32,000 nucleotides of DNA from Geobacter metallireducens GS-15 (GCF_000012925.1 NC_007517.1:3965421-3997420); one strand, 5' to 3'; numbered from the stretch's first letter, positions 1 to 9,733 are shown. Notes: generated by a model not told the origin, from the letters alone. Program-made: numbers and translations.

Positions 1-1882
1 CATCCACCACCTTCTCGCCACCCTTGGCGCCGGTGTCGCCGTCGGCCTCGGCGCCCGGCTGGGCTCCGCCCTCGGTCTGGGTCTTGGCGTAGACCGCCTC
101 GGCCAGTTTGTGGGATGCCTGGGTCAGGGCGTCGGTGGCCTGTTTGATGGCGTCGACGTCGTCCCCTTCCATGGCCTTCTTGAGGGCGGCCACGGCCTCT
201 TCGATCTTCTTCTTCTCGTCGTCGCCGATCTTGTCGCCGTACTCCTTGAGGGACTTTTCGGTGGAGTAGGCCAGGGTGTCGGCATGGTTGCGGGCCTCGA
301 TCAACTCCCGCTTCTTCTTGTCATCGGCGGCGTGGGACTCGGCCTCCCGGACCATCTTGTCGATCTCCTCCTTGGAGAGGCCCGACGAAGCGGTGATCCG
401 GATCGACTGCTCCTTGCCGGTGCCGAGGTCCTTGGCCGACACGTGGACGATGCCGTTGGCATCGATGTCGAAGGTGACCTCGATCTGGGGGACACCGCGG
501 GGTGCCGGCGGGATGCCGGTCAGCTCGAAGTTGCCGAGGGTCTTGTTGTCGGAGGCCATCTCCCGCTCGCCCTGGAGGACATGGATGGTGACCGCCGGCT
601 GGTTGTCGCTGGCCGTGGAGAAGACCTGGGATTTCCGGCACGGGATGGTGGTGTTCTTGTCAATGAGCTTGGTCATGACGCTGCCGAGGGTCTCGATCCC
701 CAGGGAGAGCGGCGTCACGTCCAGCAGGAGCACGTCTTTCACATCGCCCCGGAGAACCCCGCCCTGGATGCCAGCGCCGATGGCAACGACTTCGTCGGGG
801 TTAACCCCTTTGTTGGGTGCCTTGCCGAAGATTTCCTGGACCCGCTTCTGGACGGCCGGCATCCGGGTCATGCCCCCCACGAGGATCACCTCGTCCACCT
901 CGGAGGGGGAGAGGCCGGCATCCTTGAGGGCGGTGCGGCAGGGACCTTCCAGCTTGTCGAGGAGCTCGGCGCAGAGGGCCTCCAGCTTGGCACGGGAGAG
1001 CTTCATGGTGAGGTGCTTGGGCCCGGTGGCGTCGGCGGTAATGAACGGCAGGTTGATGTCGGTCTCCATGGAGGAGGAGAGCTCGCACTTGGCCTTCTCC
1101 GCCGCCTCCTTCAGGCGCTGGAGGGCCATCTTGTCGCCGCGGAGATCAATCCCCTGGTCCTTCTTGAACTCGTCGGCGATCCAGTCGATGACCCGCTGGT
1201 CGAAGTCCTCGCCCCCGAGGAAGGTGTCGCCGTTGGTGGACTTCACCTCGAACACGCCATCACCCAGCTCCAGGATGGAGATATCGAAGGTACCCCCACC
1301 CAGGTCGAAGACGGCGATCTTCTCGTCCTTCTTCTTGTCGAGGCCGTAGGCCAGGGCCGCAGCGGTCGGCTCGTTGATGATCCGCAGGACGTTGAGCCCC
1401 GCGATCTTGCCGGCGTCCTTGGTGGCCTGGCGTTGGGAGTCGTTGAAGTAGGCCGGCACGGTGATGACCGCGTCGGTGACCGTCTCACCGAGGTAGTCCT
1501 CAGCGGTCTTCTTCATCTTCTGGAGCACGATGGCCGAGACCTCAGGGGGGGAGTACATCTTGCCCCGTACGTCCACCCAGGCGTCGCCGTTGTCGGCCTT
1601 GACGATCTTGAAGGGGGAGATGGAGATGTCCTTGCGGACCTCGTCGGTGTCGAACTTGCGGCCGATGAGGCGCTTGATGGCGAAGAGGGTGTTCTCCGGG
1701 TTGGTGACTGCCTGGCGCTTGGCCTGCTGTCCCACCAGACGCTCGCCGCTCTCGGCAAAGGCCACCATGGACGGCGTGGTGCGGCTCCCCTCGGAGTTGG
1801 CTATGACAACGGGCTCCCCCCCCTCCATGATGGCAACGCAGGAGTTGGTGGTACCCAGGTCGATACCGATGACTTTGCTCAT
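1..1882 (-). CDS. dnaK: Molecular chaperone DnaK (Hsp70); the last ~10 codons lie beyond the window start
   Basis: My reverse-strand translation from ATG 1882..1880 reads [32 protein letters not shown]...[12 protein letters not shown]...[14 protein letters not shown]... The frame stays open to position 1, so it is absent from the ORF track, which only shows its antisense shadow at 110..1912+. An AAGGAGG SD lies upstream. Confidence 0.97.
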   Translation of the reverse strand, partial: MSKVIGIDLGTTNSCVAIMEGGEPVVIANSEGSRTTPSMVAFAESGERLVGQQAKRQAVTNPENTLFAIKRLIGRKFDTDEVRKDISISPFKIVKADNGDAWVDVRGKMYSPPEVSAIVLQKMKKTAEDYLGETVTDAVITVPAYFNDSQRQATKDAGKIAGLNVLRIINEPTAAALAYGLDKKKDEKIAVFDLGGGTFDISILELGDGVFEVKSTNGDTFLGGEDFDQRVIDWIADEFKKDQGIDLRGDKMALQRLKEAAEKAKCELSSSMETDINLPFITADATGPKHLTMKLSRAKLEALCAELLDKLEGPCRTALKDAGLSPSEVDEVILVGGMTRMPAVQKRVQEIFGKAPNKGVNPDEVVAIGAGIQGGVLRGDVKDVLLLDVTPLSLGIETLGSVMTKLIDKNTTIPCRKSQVFSTASDNQPAVTIHVLQGEREMASDNKTLGNFELTGIPPAPRGVPQIEVTFDIDANGIVHVSAKDLGTGKEQSIRITASSGLSKEEIDKMVREAESHAADDKKKRELIEARNHADTLAYSTEKSLKEYGDKIGDDEKKKIEEAVAALKKAMEGDDVDAIKQATDALTQASHKLAEAVYAKTQTEGGAQPGAEADGDTGAKGGEKVVD

Positions 1883-1964
1883 GTTACTGTTCCTCCTTTA
1901 GTGTGTCTCTGAGACAGAACCTAGTTATCGCCCCGGTGAAAAACAAGGGGACGGCGAAAAAAAT

Positions 1965-2534
1965 CTACTTGGACACCGAAACCATGGCAGGGCGGATCAG
2001 CCGCTCGTTCAGGAGGTACCCCTTCTGGAAGATCTCCACCACGCTGTTGGCCGGCACATCGGTGTTTTCCACCTGACACATGGCCTGGTGAACCGCCGGA
2101 TCGAAGGGGGTTCCCTTTTCGGCTTCCACAACCGTGACCCCAAACTTCTTCAGGGTGGACAGGAGCATGTTTAGGGTCATCCGGACCCCCTCGATGACCG
2201 CCGAGGCACTATCATCATCGGAATGATCCAGGGCTCGCTCCATGTTGTCCACCACCGGGAGGATCTCTACGATAAGGCTTTCGTTGCCGTACTTGAGGAG
2301 CTCTTCCTTCTCCTTCTGGGTCCGCTTGCGGTAGTTCTCCAGGTCGGCCCGCTCCCGGACAAACTTATCCCAGTTGGCGGCCGCTTCGGCCTCCTTGGCG
2401 GCCAGGGCCTCCTCCAGCTCCTTCACTCGGTCGGCGGCGGCAGGTGCCCCTTCGGCTGCCGGGGCCACGGTTTCGGCTGCGGGCTCATCGGTATGGTGCG
2501 CTCCTGCGTGGGAGCCGTGCTTTTTTTTGTCCAC
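1965..2534 (-). CDS. grpE: Nucleotide exchange factor GrpE
   Basis: 189-codon ORF with a GTG start (2534..2532) shortly after [28 protein letters not shown]...[12 protein letters not shown]...[12 protein letters not shown] is the GrpE coiled-coil plus beta-domain pattern. It sits between hrcA and dnaK. Confidence 0.95.
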   Translation of the reverse strand: MDKKKHGSHAGAHHTDEPAAETVAPAAEGAPAAADRVKELEEALAAKEAEAAANWDKFVRERADLENYRKRTQKEKEELLKYGNESLIVEILPVVDNMERALDHSDDDSASAVIEGVRMTLNMLLSTLKKFGVTVVEAEKGTPFDPAVHQAMCQVENTDVPANSVVEIFQKGYLLNERLIRPAMVSVSK

Positions 2535-2554
2535 GATGGTTTTCCTTTCTTACT

Positions 2555-3586
2555 CTACTCGTCTTCGAGCAGCTTGCTCACAAGCTTCGCGGTGTAGTCG
2601 ACGATGGGGATCACCTTGCCGTACCCCATGCGGGTCGGGCCGATCACCCCGAGGACGCCGAGGGTGTTTTTCCCCGACACATAGGCGGAGGTGATGACGC
2701 TCAACCCCTCCATGTGGTTCAGGTGGGTCTCGGAACCGATGAAAATCTGGACTCCCTGGGCCGAGATGCAGCGGTCCAGGAGGTTCACCAGCTGGTTCTT
2801 CTCCTCGAAAGCCCGGAACACATCCTTCATGCGCCCCACATCGGCGAATTCAGGCTGATCCAGAATGTTGGTCTGCCCTTCCATGAAGATCTGGGCGCTA
2901 CCCTCCACGATGGTCTGCTCCGAAAGTTTGAGCGCCCGTGAGAAGAGCGTGTCGTAGAGGACCTTTTCGTTCCGCATCTCCTCCAGGATACGGGTCCGCA
3001 CCTGGGCGACGGGAAGCCCCTGAAGAAGCTCGTTCAGGTAGTTGGACATCCGGACCAGGTCGGCCTCGGCGAACTCTTCCTCTGACTCGATGAGCCGGTT
3101 CTGGACCGCGCCGTTATCGGCCACCAGGATGGCCAGGATCCGGCGCCCCCCCAGCTTCACGAATTCCATGTGCCGGAGGGTGGTGGAGGAGAAGCGGGGA
3201 GCTAGGACAATCCCCATGTAGTGGGAAACCGACGACAGGAGCCGGGTCGTCTCGTGGAGGACCGCACCCATGTCGCGCCCCGCGCCGGTGTAGCGCTTCC
3301 GTATCCGCTCCCGCTCGGCCTTGTCGATGCGCCCCACCGCCAGAAGGGAATCCACGTAAAAACGGTACGCCCGGTCAGTGGGAACACGGCCGGCAGAGGT
3401 GTGGGGCGAGGTAAGGAGCCCCATCTCCTCCAGATCGGCCATGGCGTTGCGGACCGTGGCCGGCGACAGGTTGAGACCGTGCCGCCGCGTGACGGCCCGG
3501 CTTCCCACCGGCTCGGCGGTCACAATATAGTCCTCGATGATCGCCTCAAGGATCTTTTTATTGCGCTCTGAAAGCCCTTCTCCCAT
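2555..3586 (-). CDS. hrcA: Heat-inducible transcription repressor HrcA
   Basis: 343 aa. The N-terminal winged-helix region LSERNKKILEAIIEDYIVTAEPVGSRAV...LSPATVRNAMADLEEMGLL is typical of HrcA. Its own CIRCE operator lies directly upstream. Confidence 0.95.
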   Translation of the reverse strand: MGEGLSERNKKILEAIIEDYIVTAEPVGSRAVTRRHGLNLSPATVRNAMADLEEMGLLTSPHTSAGRVPTDRAYRFYVDSLLAVGRIDKAERERIRKRYTGAGRDMGAVLHETTRLLSSVSHYMGIVLAPRFSSTTLRHMEFVKLGGRRILAILVADNGAVQNRLIESEEEFAEADLVRMSNYLNELLQGLPVAQVRTRILEEMRNEKVLYDTLFSRALKLSEQTIVEGSAQIFMEGQTNILDQPEFADVGRMKDVFRAFEEKNQLVNLLDRCISAQGVQIFIGSETHLNHMEGLSVITSAYVSGKNTLGVLGVIGPTRMGYGKVIPIVDYTAKLVSKLLEDE

Positions 3587-3605
3587 ACCGACCCCACAAA
3601 GAAGA

Positions 3606-3632
3606 TTAGCACTCAGAGTTGGTGAGTGCTAA
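3606..3632 (-). promoter_or_regulatory. CIRCE operator (HrcA binding site)
   Basis: TTAGCACTC-agagttggt-GAGTGCTAA is a perfect 9-bp inverted repeat with a 9-nt spacer, the canonical CIRCE consensus. It lies about 20 nt upstream of the hrcA ATG and just downstream of the predicted -10. Confidence 0.95.
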
Positions 3633-3639
3633 CGGGGTA

Positions 3640-3668
3640 AAGGTAACAACGCCCCTCTTCTTTGTCAA
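3640..3668 (-). promoter_or_regulatory. Predicted sigma70-type promoter of the hrcA-grpE-dnaK operon
   Basis: On the minus strand: TTGACA (3668..3663), 17 nt, TACCTT (3645..3640), immediately followed by CIRCE. By-eye prediction. Confidence 0.5.
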
Positions 3669-3690
3669 GGAGATTTCCGGAGATTTCCGG
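3669..3690 (-). repeat. 10-bp tandem direct repeat (GGAGATTTCC x2, plus GG) abutting the hrcA -35 box
   Basis: The plus strand reads ggagatttcc ggagatttcc gg. It lies between the hemW stop (3703..3705) and the TTGACA box. Confidence 0.9.
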
Positions 3691-3702
3691 CAGTGGGACC
3701 GG

Positions 3703-4854
3703 TCAGAGAAAGGCCGCGAAGACCCGGTTTGAGAGGATTACCCCCCGGCGGGTGAGCCGCAGGCGCCCCCCCCCGCGCACGAGGAGACCGGCGGCGCAGA
3801 ACCCCTCGATGGCGGTGCCGTGGATCTCCATGAGGGGCCGGCCGAATTCCTCCCGAAACCGCGCTTCCTCGATTCCTTCGAGCATCCTGAGCCCCAGAAA
3901 GAGCCACTCGGCCATGGCGTCCTCTTCCGCAAGAAGGGCAATGTCCGTCTCGGGCAGAACCCCATCCGCCAGGGAGCATCCGTAGGTGCCGAGATCATCC
4001 GGGTTGCGCCAGCGGATGCCGGGGAACGGCTCCCGCAGGAACGAGTGGGCCCCGGCGCCGAACCCGAGATAATTCCACCGCCGCCAGTAGACCTGGTTGT
4101 GGCGGGAGCGGCGTCCCGGCAGAGCGAAGTTGGCAATCTCGTACTGTTCATAGCCGGCCGCCGCCAGGACCTCCGCCGTCTCCTCGAACATGGCGGCAGC
4201 GTCATCCTCGTCCGGAAGCGCCAATACACCCTGATCCTCCAGGCGGGCAAAGGGGGTTCCCTCCTCCACCGTGAGGCCGTAGGCGGAGATGTGCCCCGGC
4301 CGAAGGGCTGCCGCCATCCGGAGCTGGTCCCGCCAGTGGTCAAGACTCTGGTCCGGAAGCCCGTGGATGAGATCGATACCGATATTGTCGAAGCCGGCCC
4401 GGCGGGCCAGGGCAAAGGCGTCCTTCGCTTCCCGGGCCGTATGGACCCGGCCGAGGCGCTCCAGCATCCGGTCGTCGAAGGACTGGACCCCGAGGGAGAG
4501 GCGATTCACCCCAGCGCCCCGGTACCCCGCGAGGGAGTCGGCCGTGACGGTGCCGGGATTGGCTTCGAGGGTGATTTCCGCCGACGGATCGAGCCAGAAG
4601 AGGCGGGCGGCGCCATCGATGATATTCCCGACAAGGTCGGGCTCCAACAGCGACGGGGTTCCTCCTCCCAGATAGAGGGTGGTGGCGCGCAGTGGGGATG
4701 CCAGCGCGGCGGCCCGAAGTTCCATCTCCCGGAGGAGAAGCGCCGTGTACTCCCCGATCGCGAGGGGGGCTTCGTCCGTGGAAGCGAAGGCGCAGTAGAG
4801 ACACTTGCGCACACAGAAAGGAATGTGGATGTAGAGGGCTGTCGTGTCGTCCAT
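3703..4854 (-). CDS. hemW: Radical-SAM HemW-type heme chaperone (HemN-like, oxygen-independent coproporphyrinogen oxidase family)
   Basis: 383 aa. It has the N-terminal radical-SAM cluster motif LYIHIPFCVRKCLYCAF and a RHNQVYW motif typical of HemW/YggW. Its position directly upstream of hrcA matches many bacteria. Confidence 0.88.
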   Translation of the reverse strand: MDDTTALYIHIPFCVRKCLYCAFASTDEAPLAIGEYTALLLREMELRAAALASPLRATTLYLGGGTPSLLEPDLVGNIIDGAARLFWLDPSAEITLEANPGTVTADSLAGYRGAGVNRLSLGVQSFDDRMLERLGRVHTAREAKDAFALARRAGFDNIGIDLIHGLPDQSLDHWRDQLRMAAALRPGHISAYGLTVEEGTPFARLEDQGVLALPDEDDAAAMFEETAEVLAAAGYEQYEIANFALPGRRSRHNQVYWRRWNYLGFGAGAHSFLREPFPGIRWRNPDDLGTYGCSLADGVLPETDIALLAEEDAMAEWLFLGLRMLEGIEEARFREEFGRPLMEIHGTAIEGFCAAGLLVRGGGRLRLTRRGVILSNRVFAAFL

Positions 4855-4904
4855 TTAGTGCCGATGATACGCCAGTTTTTACGTGGAAGTCCAAACTTCT
4901 TTGG

Positions 4905-4933
4905 TTGAAAATGGCCCGGTATGCCGCTACACT
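4905..4933 (+). promoter_or_regulatory. Predicted sigma70-type promoter for the C-N hydrolase gene
   Basis: TTGAAA (4905..4910), 17 nt, TACACT (4928..4933). By-eye prediction. Confidence 0.4.
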
Positions 4934-4980
4934 AAACGGCGTTCCGCAGGCACCCCAAAAGGACCCGGAGGGAGATCGGC

Positions 4981-5760
4981 ATGACGCGTACCGTGAAGGC
5001 AGGAGCCGTCCAGTTCACCATCAAGGTTGGCGATGTGGACGTCAACATGCGGTATGTGGAGGGGGCGCTGCGCCGCCTCGCCGCCCAGGGGTGCGCCCTG
5101 GCGGTCCTCCCCGAGATGTGGGACACGGGCTATGCCTACCGGGAGCTGAACGAGCTGGCAAAGCGGACCCCCGAGGTGGTGACGGAACTGGGACGGCTCT
5201 CCCGGGAGCTGGGGATGGTGATCGTCGGGAGCATGCCGGAGCCCCATGGGGAAAAGGTCTGCAATACCGCCTACGTCCTGGACCGGGGGGAGCTGGTCGG
5301 CTCCTACCGGAAGATCCACCTCTTCTCCCTCATGGGGGAGGACCGCTCCTTGGACGGCGGCGACCGCTGGCTCGTGGTGGATACCAGCGTGGGACGGATC
5401 GGCGTCTTCATCTGCTACGACCTCCGGTTCCCGGAGCTGACCCGGCGGCTGGCGGTGGAGGGGGCGGAGATTCTCGTGGTGCCAGCCGAATGGCCCAAGC
5501 CCCGGGACGAGCACTGGAAGGCGCTCCTGAAGGCGCGTGCCATCGAGAACCAGCTCTTCGTGGTGGCGGCCAACTGCTGCGGAATCCAGGGAAAGCTGGA
5601 CTTCTTCGGTTCAAGCCTCATCATCGGCCCCAAGGGGGAGCACCTGGCCGAGGGGGGGTATGAGCCGTGCGAGATCAGCGCCACCCTCGACTTTGGCGAA
5701 ATGCAATCCTGGCGGCGGCAGATCCCCTGCTTCGAGGATCGAAAGCCCGAATATTACTAA
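4981..5760 (+). CDS. Carbon-nitrogen hydrolase family protein (nitrilase/omega-amidase-like)
   Basis: 259 aa. The Glu-Lys-Cys triad contexts are visible: LAVLPEMWDTGY, SYRKIHLF, GVFICYDLRFPE. A GGAGGGA SD lies upstream of the ATG. Confidence 0.85.
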   Translation: MTRTVKAGAVQFTIKVGDVDVNMRYVEGALRRLAAQGCALAVLPEMWDTGYAYRELNELAKRTPEVVTELGRLSRELGMVIVGSMPEPHGEKVCNTAYVLDRGELVGSYRKIHLFSLMGEDRSLDGGDRWLVVDTSVGRIGVFICYDLRFPELTRRLAVEGAEILVVPAEWPKPRDEHWKALLKARAIENQLFVVAANCCGIQGKLDFFGSSLIIGPKGEHLAEGGYEPCEISATLDFGEMQSWRRQIPCFEDRKPEYY

Positions 5761-5800
5761 GATTATTCTCTGCCGATTTCGGTCGGCTTCAGGAAAACGG

Positions 5801-5829
5801 TTGACGCGACGGCGGGCCGGGACTATTGT
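5801..5829 (+). promoter_or_regulatory. Predicted sigma70-type promoter of the tolQRAB operon
   Basis: TTGACG (5801..5806), 17 nt, TATTGT (5824..5829). By-eye prediction. Confidence 0.4.
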
Positions 5830-5873
5830 TCAGCGATCACGTAACCCATTAATTATTAACGGAGGTTCATACC

Positions 5874-6548
5874 GTGTTACACCTTGCGGGAACCGGTCTT
5901 GTCGTAAAACTCGTTCTGCTCATTCTCATCTTCTTCTCGGTGGTCTCGTGGGCAATCATCTTTTTCAAGCTCCTCCAGGTCTACCGGGCCAACAGCGAGT
6001 CGGAGCGTTTTCTGGACTTCTTCTGGAAGACCAAGCGCTTCGATGCCGTCAACTCCCAACTGGACCGCTTCACCAACTCTCCCCTGACGGTCCTGTTCAG
6101 CGAGGGTTACAGTGAACTGAAGCGCCTCGTGGAGAAGGGGGACCAGAAGGAGGAGCTGGATGTCATGAGCACCGAGCTGGGGGGCATCGAGAACATCGCC
6201 CGGGCCCTGCGCCGCGCCACCACCTCGGAAATCACCCGCTTGGAGAAGTATGTGACCTTCCTGGCCACCACCGGCTCCACTACTCCCTTCATCGGCCTTT
6301 TCGGCACGGTCTGGGGGATCATGACCGCCTTCAAGGGGATCGGCGAGACCGGGTCGGCATCCCTGGCCGTGGTGGCCCCGGGCATCTCCGAGGCCCTCAT
6401 CGCCACCGCCATCGGCCTGGTGGCCGCCATCCCGGCGGTCATGGCCTACAACCACTTCCAGTACAAGATCAAGGTTCTTATCGCCACCATGGACAACTTC
6501 TCCACCGAGTTCCTGAATATCGTCCAGCGGACCGTGACCAAGAAGTAG
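5874..6548 (+). CDS. tolQ: Tol-Pal system protein TolQ (MotA/TolQ/ExbB proton channel)
   Basis: 224 aa with a GTG start 8 nt after GGAGG. It has hydrophobic TM segments and the TTPFIGLFGTVWGIMTAF motif, and is followed by tolR-tolA-tolB-pal. Confidence 0.93.
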   Translation: MLHLAGTGLVVKLVLLILIFFSVVSWAIIFFKLLQVYRANSESERFLDFFWKTKRFDAVNSQLDRFTNSPLTVLFSEGYSELKRLVEKGDQKEELDVMSTELGGIENIARALRRATTSEITRLEKYVTFLATTGSTTPFIGLFGTVWGIMTAFKGIGETGSASLAVVAPGISEALIATAIGLVAAIPAVMAYNHFQYKIKVLIATMDNFSTEFLNIVQRTVTKK

Positions 6549-6557
6549 GAGCAGACC

Positions 6558-6977
6558 ATGGAAATCGGCAGCAGAAACAACGGCGACCGCGGCACCATGT
6601 CGCAGATCAACGTCACCCCTATGGTGGACGTGATGCTCGTGCTCCTGGTCATCTTCATGGTTACGGCCCCCATGATGCAGCAGGGGGTCCAGGTGAACCT
6701 CCCCAAGGCGGAAACCAAGGCCATGGCCACCCAGGAAGAGTCGGTGGTCGTCTCCATCGACCGAAGCGGCAAGGTCTTCATCAACGCCACGGAGGTGGCT
6801 CCGGGGGACCTGAAGGGAAAGCTGACTTCCATGGTGGCCAACCGGACCAAGAAGGAGGTCTTCCTCAAGGCCGACCGGGATGTCCCCTACGGAGATGTGG
6901 TGCGAACCATGGCTGAAATCAAGGGGGCCGGCATCGAGCGCCTCGGCATGGTGACGGAGCCAGCCCCGACAAAATGA
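6558..6977 (+). CDS. tolR: Tol-Pal system protein TolR (ExbD/TolR family)
   Basis: 139 aa. INVTPMVDVMLVLLVIFMVTAP is the single TM with the conserved Asp. A TAGGAG SD is present, and the stop overlaps the tolA start (ATGA). Confidence 0.92.
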   Translation: MEIGSRNNGDRGTMSQINVTPMVDVMLVLLVIFMVTAPMMQQGVQVNLPKAETKAMATQEESVVVSIDRSGKVFINATEVAPGDLKGKLTSMVANRTKKEVFLKADRDVPYGDVVRTMAEIKGAGIERLGMVTEPAPTK

Positions 6978-7729
6978 GCCGTACCCGCCAACCGAGAGAT
7001 ACCGGGCTGGGGTGGGGGGTTGCCGCTTCCTGCGTCGTCCACGCCTCCGTCGCCGCCTTTGTCCTCCTCCACCACTTCTCTTCCCCCGCCCCCCTAGAGG
7101 CGCCCGTCTACTACGTGGATGTCGTGAACCTGCCGGTGGCCGCTCCCCAAGCCGGGAGTCCCGTAACCGGAGGGAGCCCGCCCCCAGCGGCGCCGTCTCC
7201 CCCACCGAAGCCCGCGGAGATGGCCCTTCCCCAGAAACGCACCCCGACAAAGGCGGCCACGCCGAAGAAGAGTTCCTCAAAGGAGAGTGATGCCGGCAAG
7301 GCCTTCGAGGAGCGGATGGACAAACTCCAGCGGGCCATCGACGAACGGCGCCAAGAAGCGGCCCTCGACTCCCTGCGGCGCAAGACCGCAGGAAGCGGCC
7401 GCCAGCCGGAGCGGGTGGGAACCCCCGGCGGCACCGGGAAAGAGGCCGGAAGCGACTACGCCAGCTATATCCAGTCCCGGCTCACGGACGCCTTCCAGTC
7501 CACCATCGCCCACCAGAGCAAGGCACCGGAAGTGGTGGTAAAACTCACCATCGACGCCGGCGGGCACATCGCGCGGAAGCGGATCGAGCGTTCGAGCGGC
7601 GACAAAATTTTCGAGGAATCGGTCTACAAGGCCATCGCCCGGGCCGAAAAGACCTTTGTCCCGCCCCCCGGCGGCGGCGAATTCGACTACGGTTTCATCT
7701 TCAGACCACAGGGAGTGGGAAAAAAATGA
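6974..7729 (+). CDS. tolA: TolA-like protein (TM anchor, Pro/Ala-rich spacer, TonB/TolA C-terminal domain)
   Basis: 251 aa. It has an N-terminal TM (WGVAASCVVHASVAAFVLL), a PPPAAPSPPPKP spacer and a C-terminal alpha/beta domain. ATGA overlaps with both tolR and tolB indicate translational coupling. Its position in the tol cluster supports the call. Confidence 0.75.
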   Translation: MSRTRQPRDTGLGWGVAASCVVHASVAAFVLLHHFSSPAPLEAPVYYVDVVNLPVAAPQAGSPVTGGSPPPAAPSPPPKPAEMALPQKRTPTKAATPKKSSSKESDAGKAFEERMDKLQRAIDERRQEAALDSLRRKTAGSGRQPERVGTPGGTGKEAGSDYASYIQSRLTDAFQSTIAHQSKAPEVVVKLTIDAGGHIARKRIERSSGDKIFEESVYKAIARAEKTFVPPPGGGEFDYGFIFRPQGVGKK

Positions 7730-9015
7730 CACGACGTCTCTTCATTCTCATCACCATCATGCTCTGCCTGATCCCCGCACTCCTCCATTCCCAGGAAGGG
7801 TATCGGGAAGTGACGGCTGCGGGAACCCACAAACTGACCCTCACCGTGGACTCCCCACGGCGCCTCGGCGGTTCCGATGCTCCCCAGGTGGCCCGCGAGA
7901 CGGCCGAAGCGCTCCAGTTCGACATGGTCCTTGCCGGCCCCTTCACCGTCACGGCCCCCTCGGCCGCCGCGGCCTCGGCCGGCATCCGGCCGGGAGAGTT
8001 CGACTTCGCCCCCTGGCGCGGCGCCGGGGTCGACCTTCTGGTCAAGAGCGGCTACACGGTTACGGGAAACGCCATGACCATGGAGTTCCGCCTCTACAAC
8101 GTCACCCAGGGGAAGGAGATCCTGGCCAAGCGGTACACGGGCCGTCCCGGCGATGTCCGGAGAATCGCCCATACCTTCTCGGACGACATCATGGCCGCCC
8201 TGACCGGGGAGCGTGGCCCCTTCACGGGAAAAATCGCTTTTGTCTCCACCCGGGCCGGCGCCAAGGCGATCTTCCTCATGGACTATGACGGTCACAACGT
8301 CCAGCAGCTCACGAAAAACCGCTCCATCAACCTGAACCCCGATTTTTCCCCCAGCGGGAAGGAAATCATCTTCACCTCCTACCGCCAGGGAAATCCGGAC
8401 CTCTTCCGCCGCGAGCTCTTCACCGGCGCCGAGGCCCGGATCTCCTCCTACCGGGGGATCAACGCCACCGGCGCCTGGTCCCCCGACGGCAAGACCATCG
8501 CCCTGACCCTGAGCAAGGACGGCAACTCGGAGATCTACACCATCTCCCGGGACGGGAAGAACCCGCACCGGCTCACCAACACCAGCGCCATCGAGGTCTC
8601 CCCCGCCTGGTCCCCCGACGTCCGCAAGATCGTCTTCGTCTCCGACCGGCTCGGCAAACCCCAGATTTTCATCATGAATGCCGACGGCACCGGGGTCCGG
8701 CGCCTCACCACCAGCGGCAACTACAACGTGAGCCCCCGCTGGTCCCCCAAGGGTGACCGGATCGTCTACAGCCGCCAGGAGGGAGGGTTCCAGATCTACG
8801 CCATCAACCCCGACGGAACCAACGATACCAGGCTCACCAGCGAGGGAAGCAACGAGCATCCCCGGTGGTCTCCCGACGGCCGTTTCATCACCTTCAGCTC
8901 CACCCGCGGCGGCGGTGAAGGGATTTACGTGATGAGGGCCGACGGCAGCGGCCAGACCCGGGTTTCCGGCGGGAAGGGGAGGGACTCCCATCCCACGTGG
9001 TCGCCGCGTTGGTGA
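7726..9015 (+). CDS. tolB: Tol-Pal system beta-propeller protein TolB
   Basis: 429 aa with a signal peptide, a TolB N-domain, and repeated propeller blades (..P.WSPDGK.I.F.S.R.G...I..). Confidence 0.95.
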   Translation: MTRRLFILITIMLCLIPALLHSQEGYREVTAAGTHKLTLTVDSPRRLGGSDAPQVARETAEALQFDMVLAGPFTVTAPSAAAASAGIRPGEFDFAPWRGAGVDLLVKSGYTVTGNAMTMEFRLYNVTQGKEILAKRYTGRPGDVRRIAHTFSDDIMAALTGERGPFTGKIAFVSTRAGAKAIFLMDYDGHNVQQLTKNRSINLNPDFSPSGKEIIFTSYRQGNPDLFRRELFTGAEARISSYRGINATGAWSPDGKTIALTLSKDGNSEIYTISRDGKNPHRLTNTSAIEVSPAWSPDVRKIVFVSDRLGKPQIFIMNADGTGVRRLTTSGNYNVSPRWSPKGDRIVYSRQEGGFQIYAINPDGTNDTRLTSEGSNEHPRWSPDGRFITFSSTRGGGEGIYVMRADGSGQTRVSGGKGRDSHPTWSPRW

Positions 9016-9023
9016 GGCAGGTG

Positions 9024-9051
9024 TTGAAAATGAAGCACCGTTCTCTATAAT
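9024..9051 (+). promoter_or_regulatory. Predicted strong internal sigma70 promoter for pal
   Basis: TTGAAA (9024..9029), 16 nt, consensus TATAAT (9046..9051), in the tolB-pal spacer. Confidence 0.5.
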
Positions 9052-9127
9052 GAAAACAGAATTTTCGGTGACCGGCCGGTGATCATGTTCCGGCAGGCGA
9101 TTGTCTAACAACAAAAGGAGAAGATGT

Positions 9128-9709
9128 ATGCGTAAATGCACCTTTGGTCTCGTTGCCCTGCTCTGTTTCGGTCTCGTTGCGGCTGGTTGCGCCAAAAAGG
9201 AGATGGTGAAGCCTGAAGAGGCGGTACCGCCGGTAGCGGCCCCCCAACCCACAACTCCGGCCAAACCCGCTGCTCCGCCGGTGAAGGAGGAGCCCATTGC
9301 GGCCCAGCCCATCCCCGAGGCCCCCGTCAAGACGGAAACCCTCCAACCGGCCACGGCCCTTGACACCGTCACGGCGACTCTGGATCGGATCTTCTTCGAT
9401 TTCGACTCCTTCGTCCTCAGTCAGGCCGCCCGGGATATCCTTTCCAAGAACGCGGAGTACCTCCTCAAGAAGCAGCCCAATGCCCGGGTCCTCATTGAAG
9501 GGCACTGCGACGAGCGGGGCTCCGACGAGTACAACCTGGCCCTGGGGGAAAAGCGGGCCAAGGCGGCCCGTGATTACCTGGTGACCCTCGGCGTCGCCGC
9601 CAATCGCCTTTCCATCATCAGTTACGGTGAGGAGAAGCCCCTTGATCCGGGACATACCGAAGAAGCCTGGGCGAAAAACCGTCGGGCCGAATTCCTCATT
9701 GTCAAATAA
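9128..9709 (+). CDS. pal: Peptidoglycan-associated lipoprotein Pal (OmpA-like domain)
   Basis: The ATG at 9128 lies 7 nt after AAGGAG; the track start at 9101 is an SD-less TTG. The lipobox is LVAAGC. The OmpA_C-like domain reads IFFDFDSFVLS...IEGHCDERGSDEYNLALGEKRA...RRAEF. Confidence 0.93.
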   Translation: MRKCTFGLVALLCFGLVAAGCAKKEMVKPEEAVPPVAAPQPTTPAKPAAPPVKEEPIAAQPIPEAPVKTETLQPATALDTVTATLDRIFFDFDSFVLSQAARDILSKNAEYLLKKQPNARVLIEGHCDERGSDEYNLALGEKRAKAARDYLVTLGVAANRLSIISYGEEKPLDPGHTEEAWAKNRRAEFLIVK

Positions 9710-9733
9710 AACCATCGTCCGGGAAAACGGGAG

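Noticed and set aside
110-1912. Very long ORFs antisense to real genes. Examples: 110..1912+ (600 aa) opposite dnaK, 5877..7280- opposite tolQRA, 7687..9372- opposite tolB, 11155..12708- opposite nadA, 15273..17228- opposite mfd, and 28160..29632+ and 29496..31037+ opposite mnmE/yidC.
   Set aside because: Their translations are low-complexity Gly/Arg/Pro/Asp/Leu/Val-rich strings with no recognisable motifs. Each lies exactly opposite a gene with unmistakable conserved motifs. In GC3-biased genomes the antisense frames are depleted of stop codons, so these are shadow ORFs, not overlapping genes.
1904-1916. Short palindromes: TGTCTC-t-GAGACA just upstream of the dnaK SD, and ACCGGCCGGT (9071..9080) in the pal leader.
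   Set aside because: At 6 bp per arm or 10 bp in total they are within chance expectation for this composition. They are not CIRCE-like, and nothing else in the window repeats them.
9720-9732. 13-mer CGGGAAAACGGGA shared by the pal-cpoB spacer and the nadA leader (11176..11188).
   Set aside because: A single shared 13-mer pair is expected several times by chance when comparing 32 kb with itself on both strands. ACGGGAAA also occurs repeatedly inside coding sequence, for example in tolB. There is no flanking similarity.
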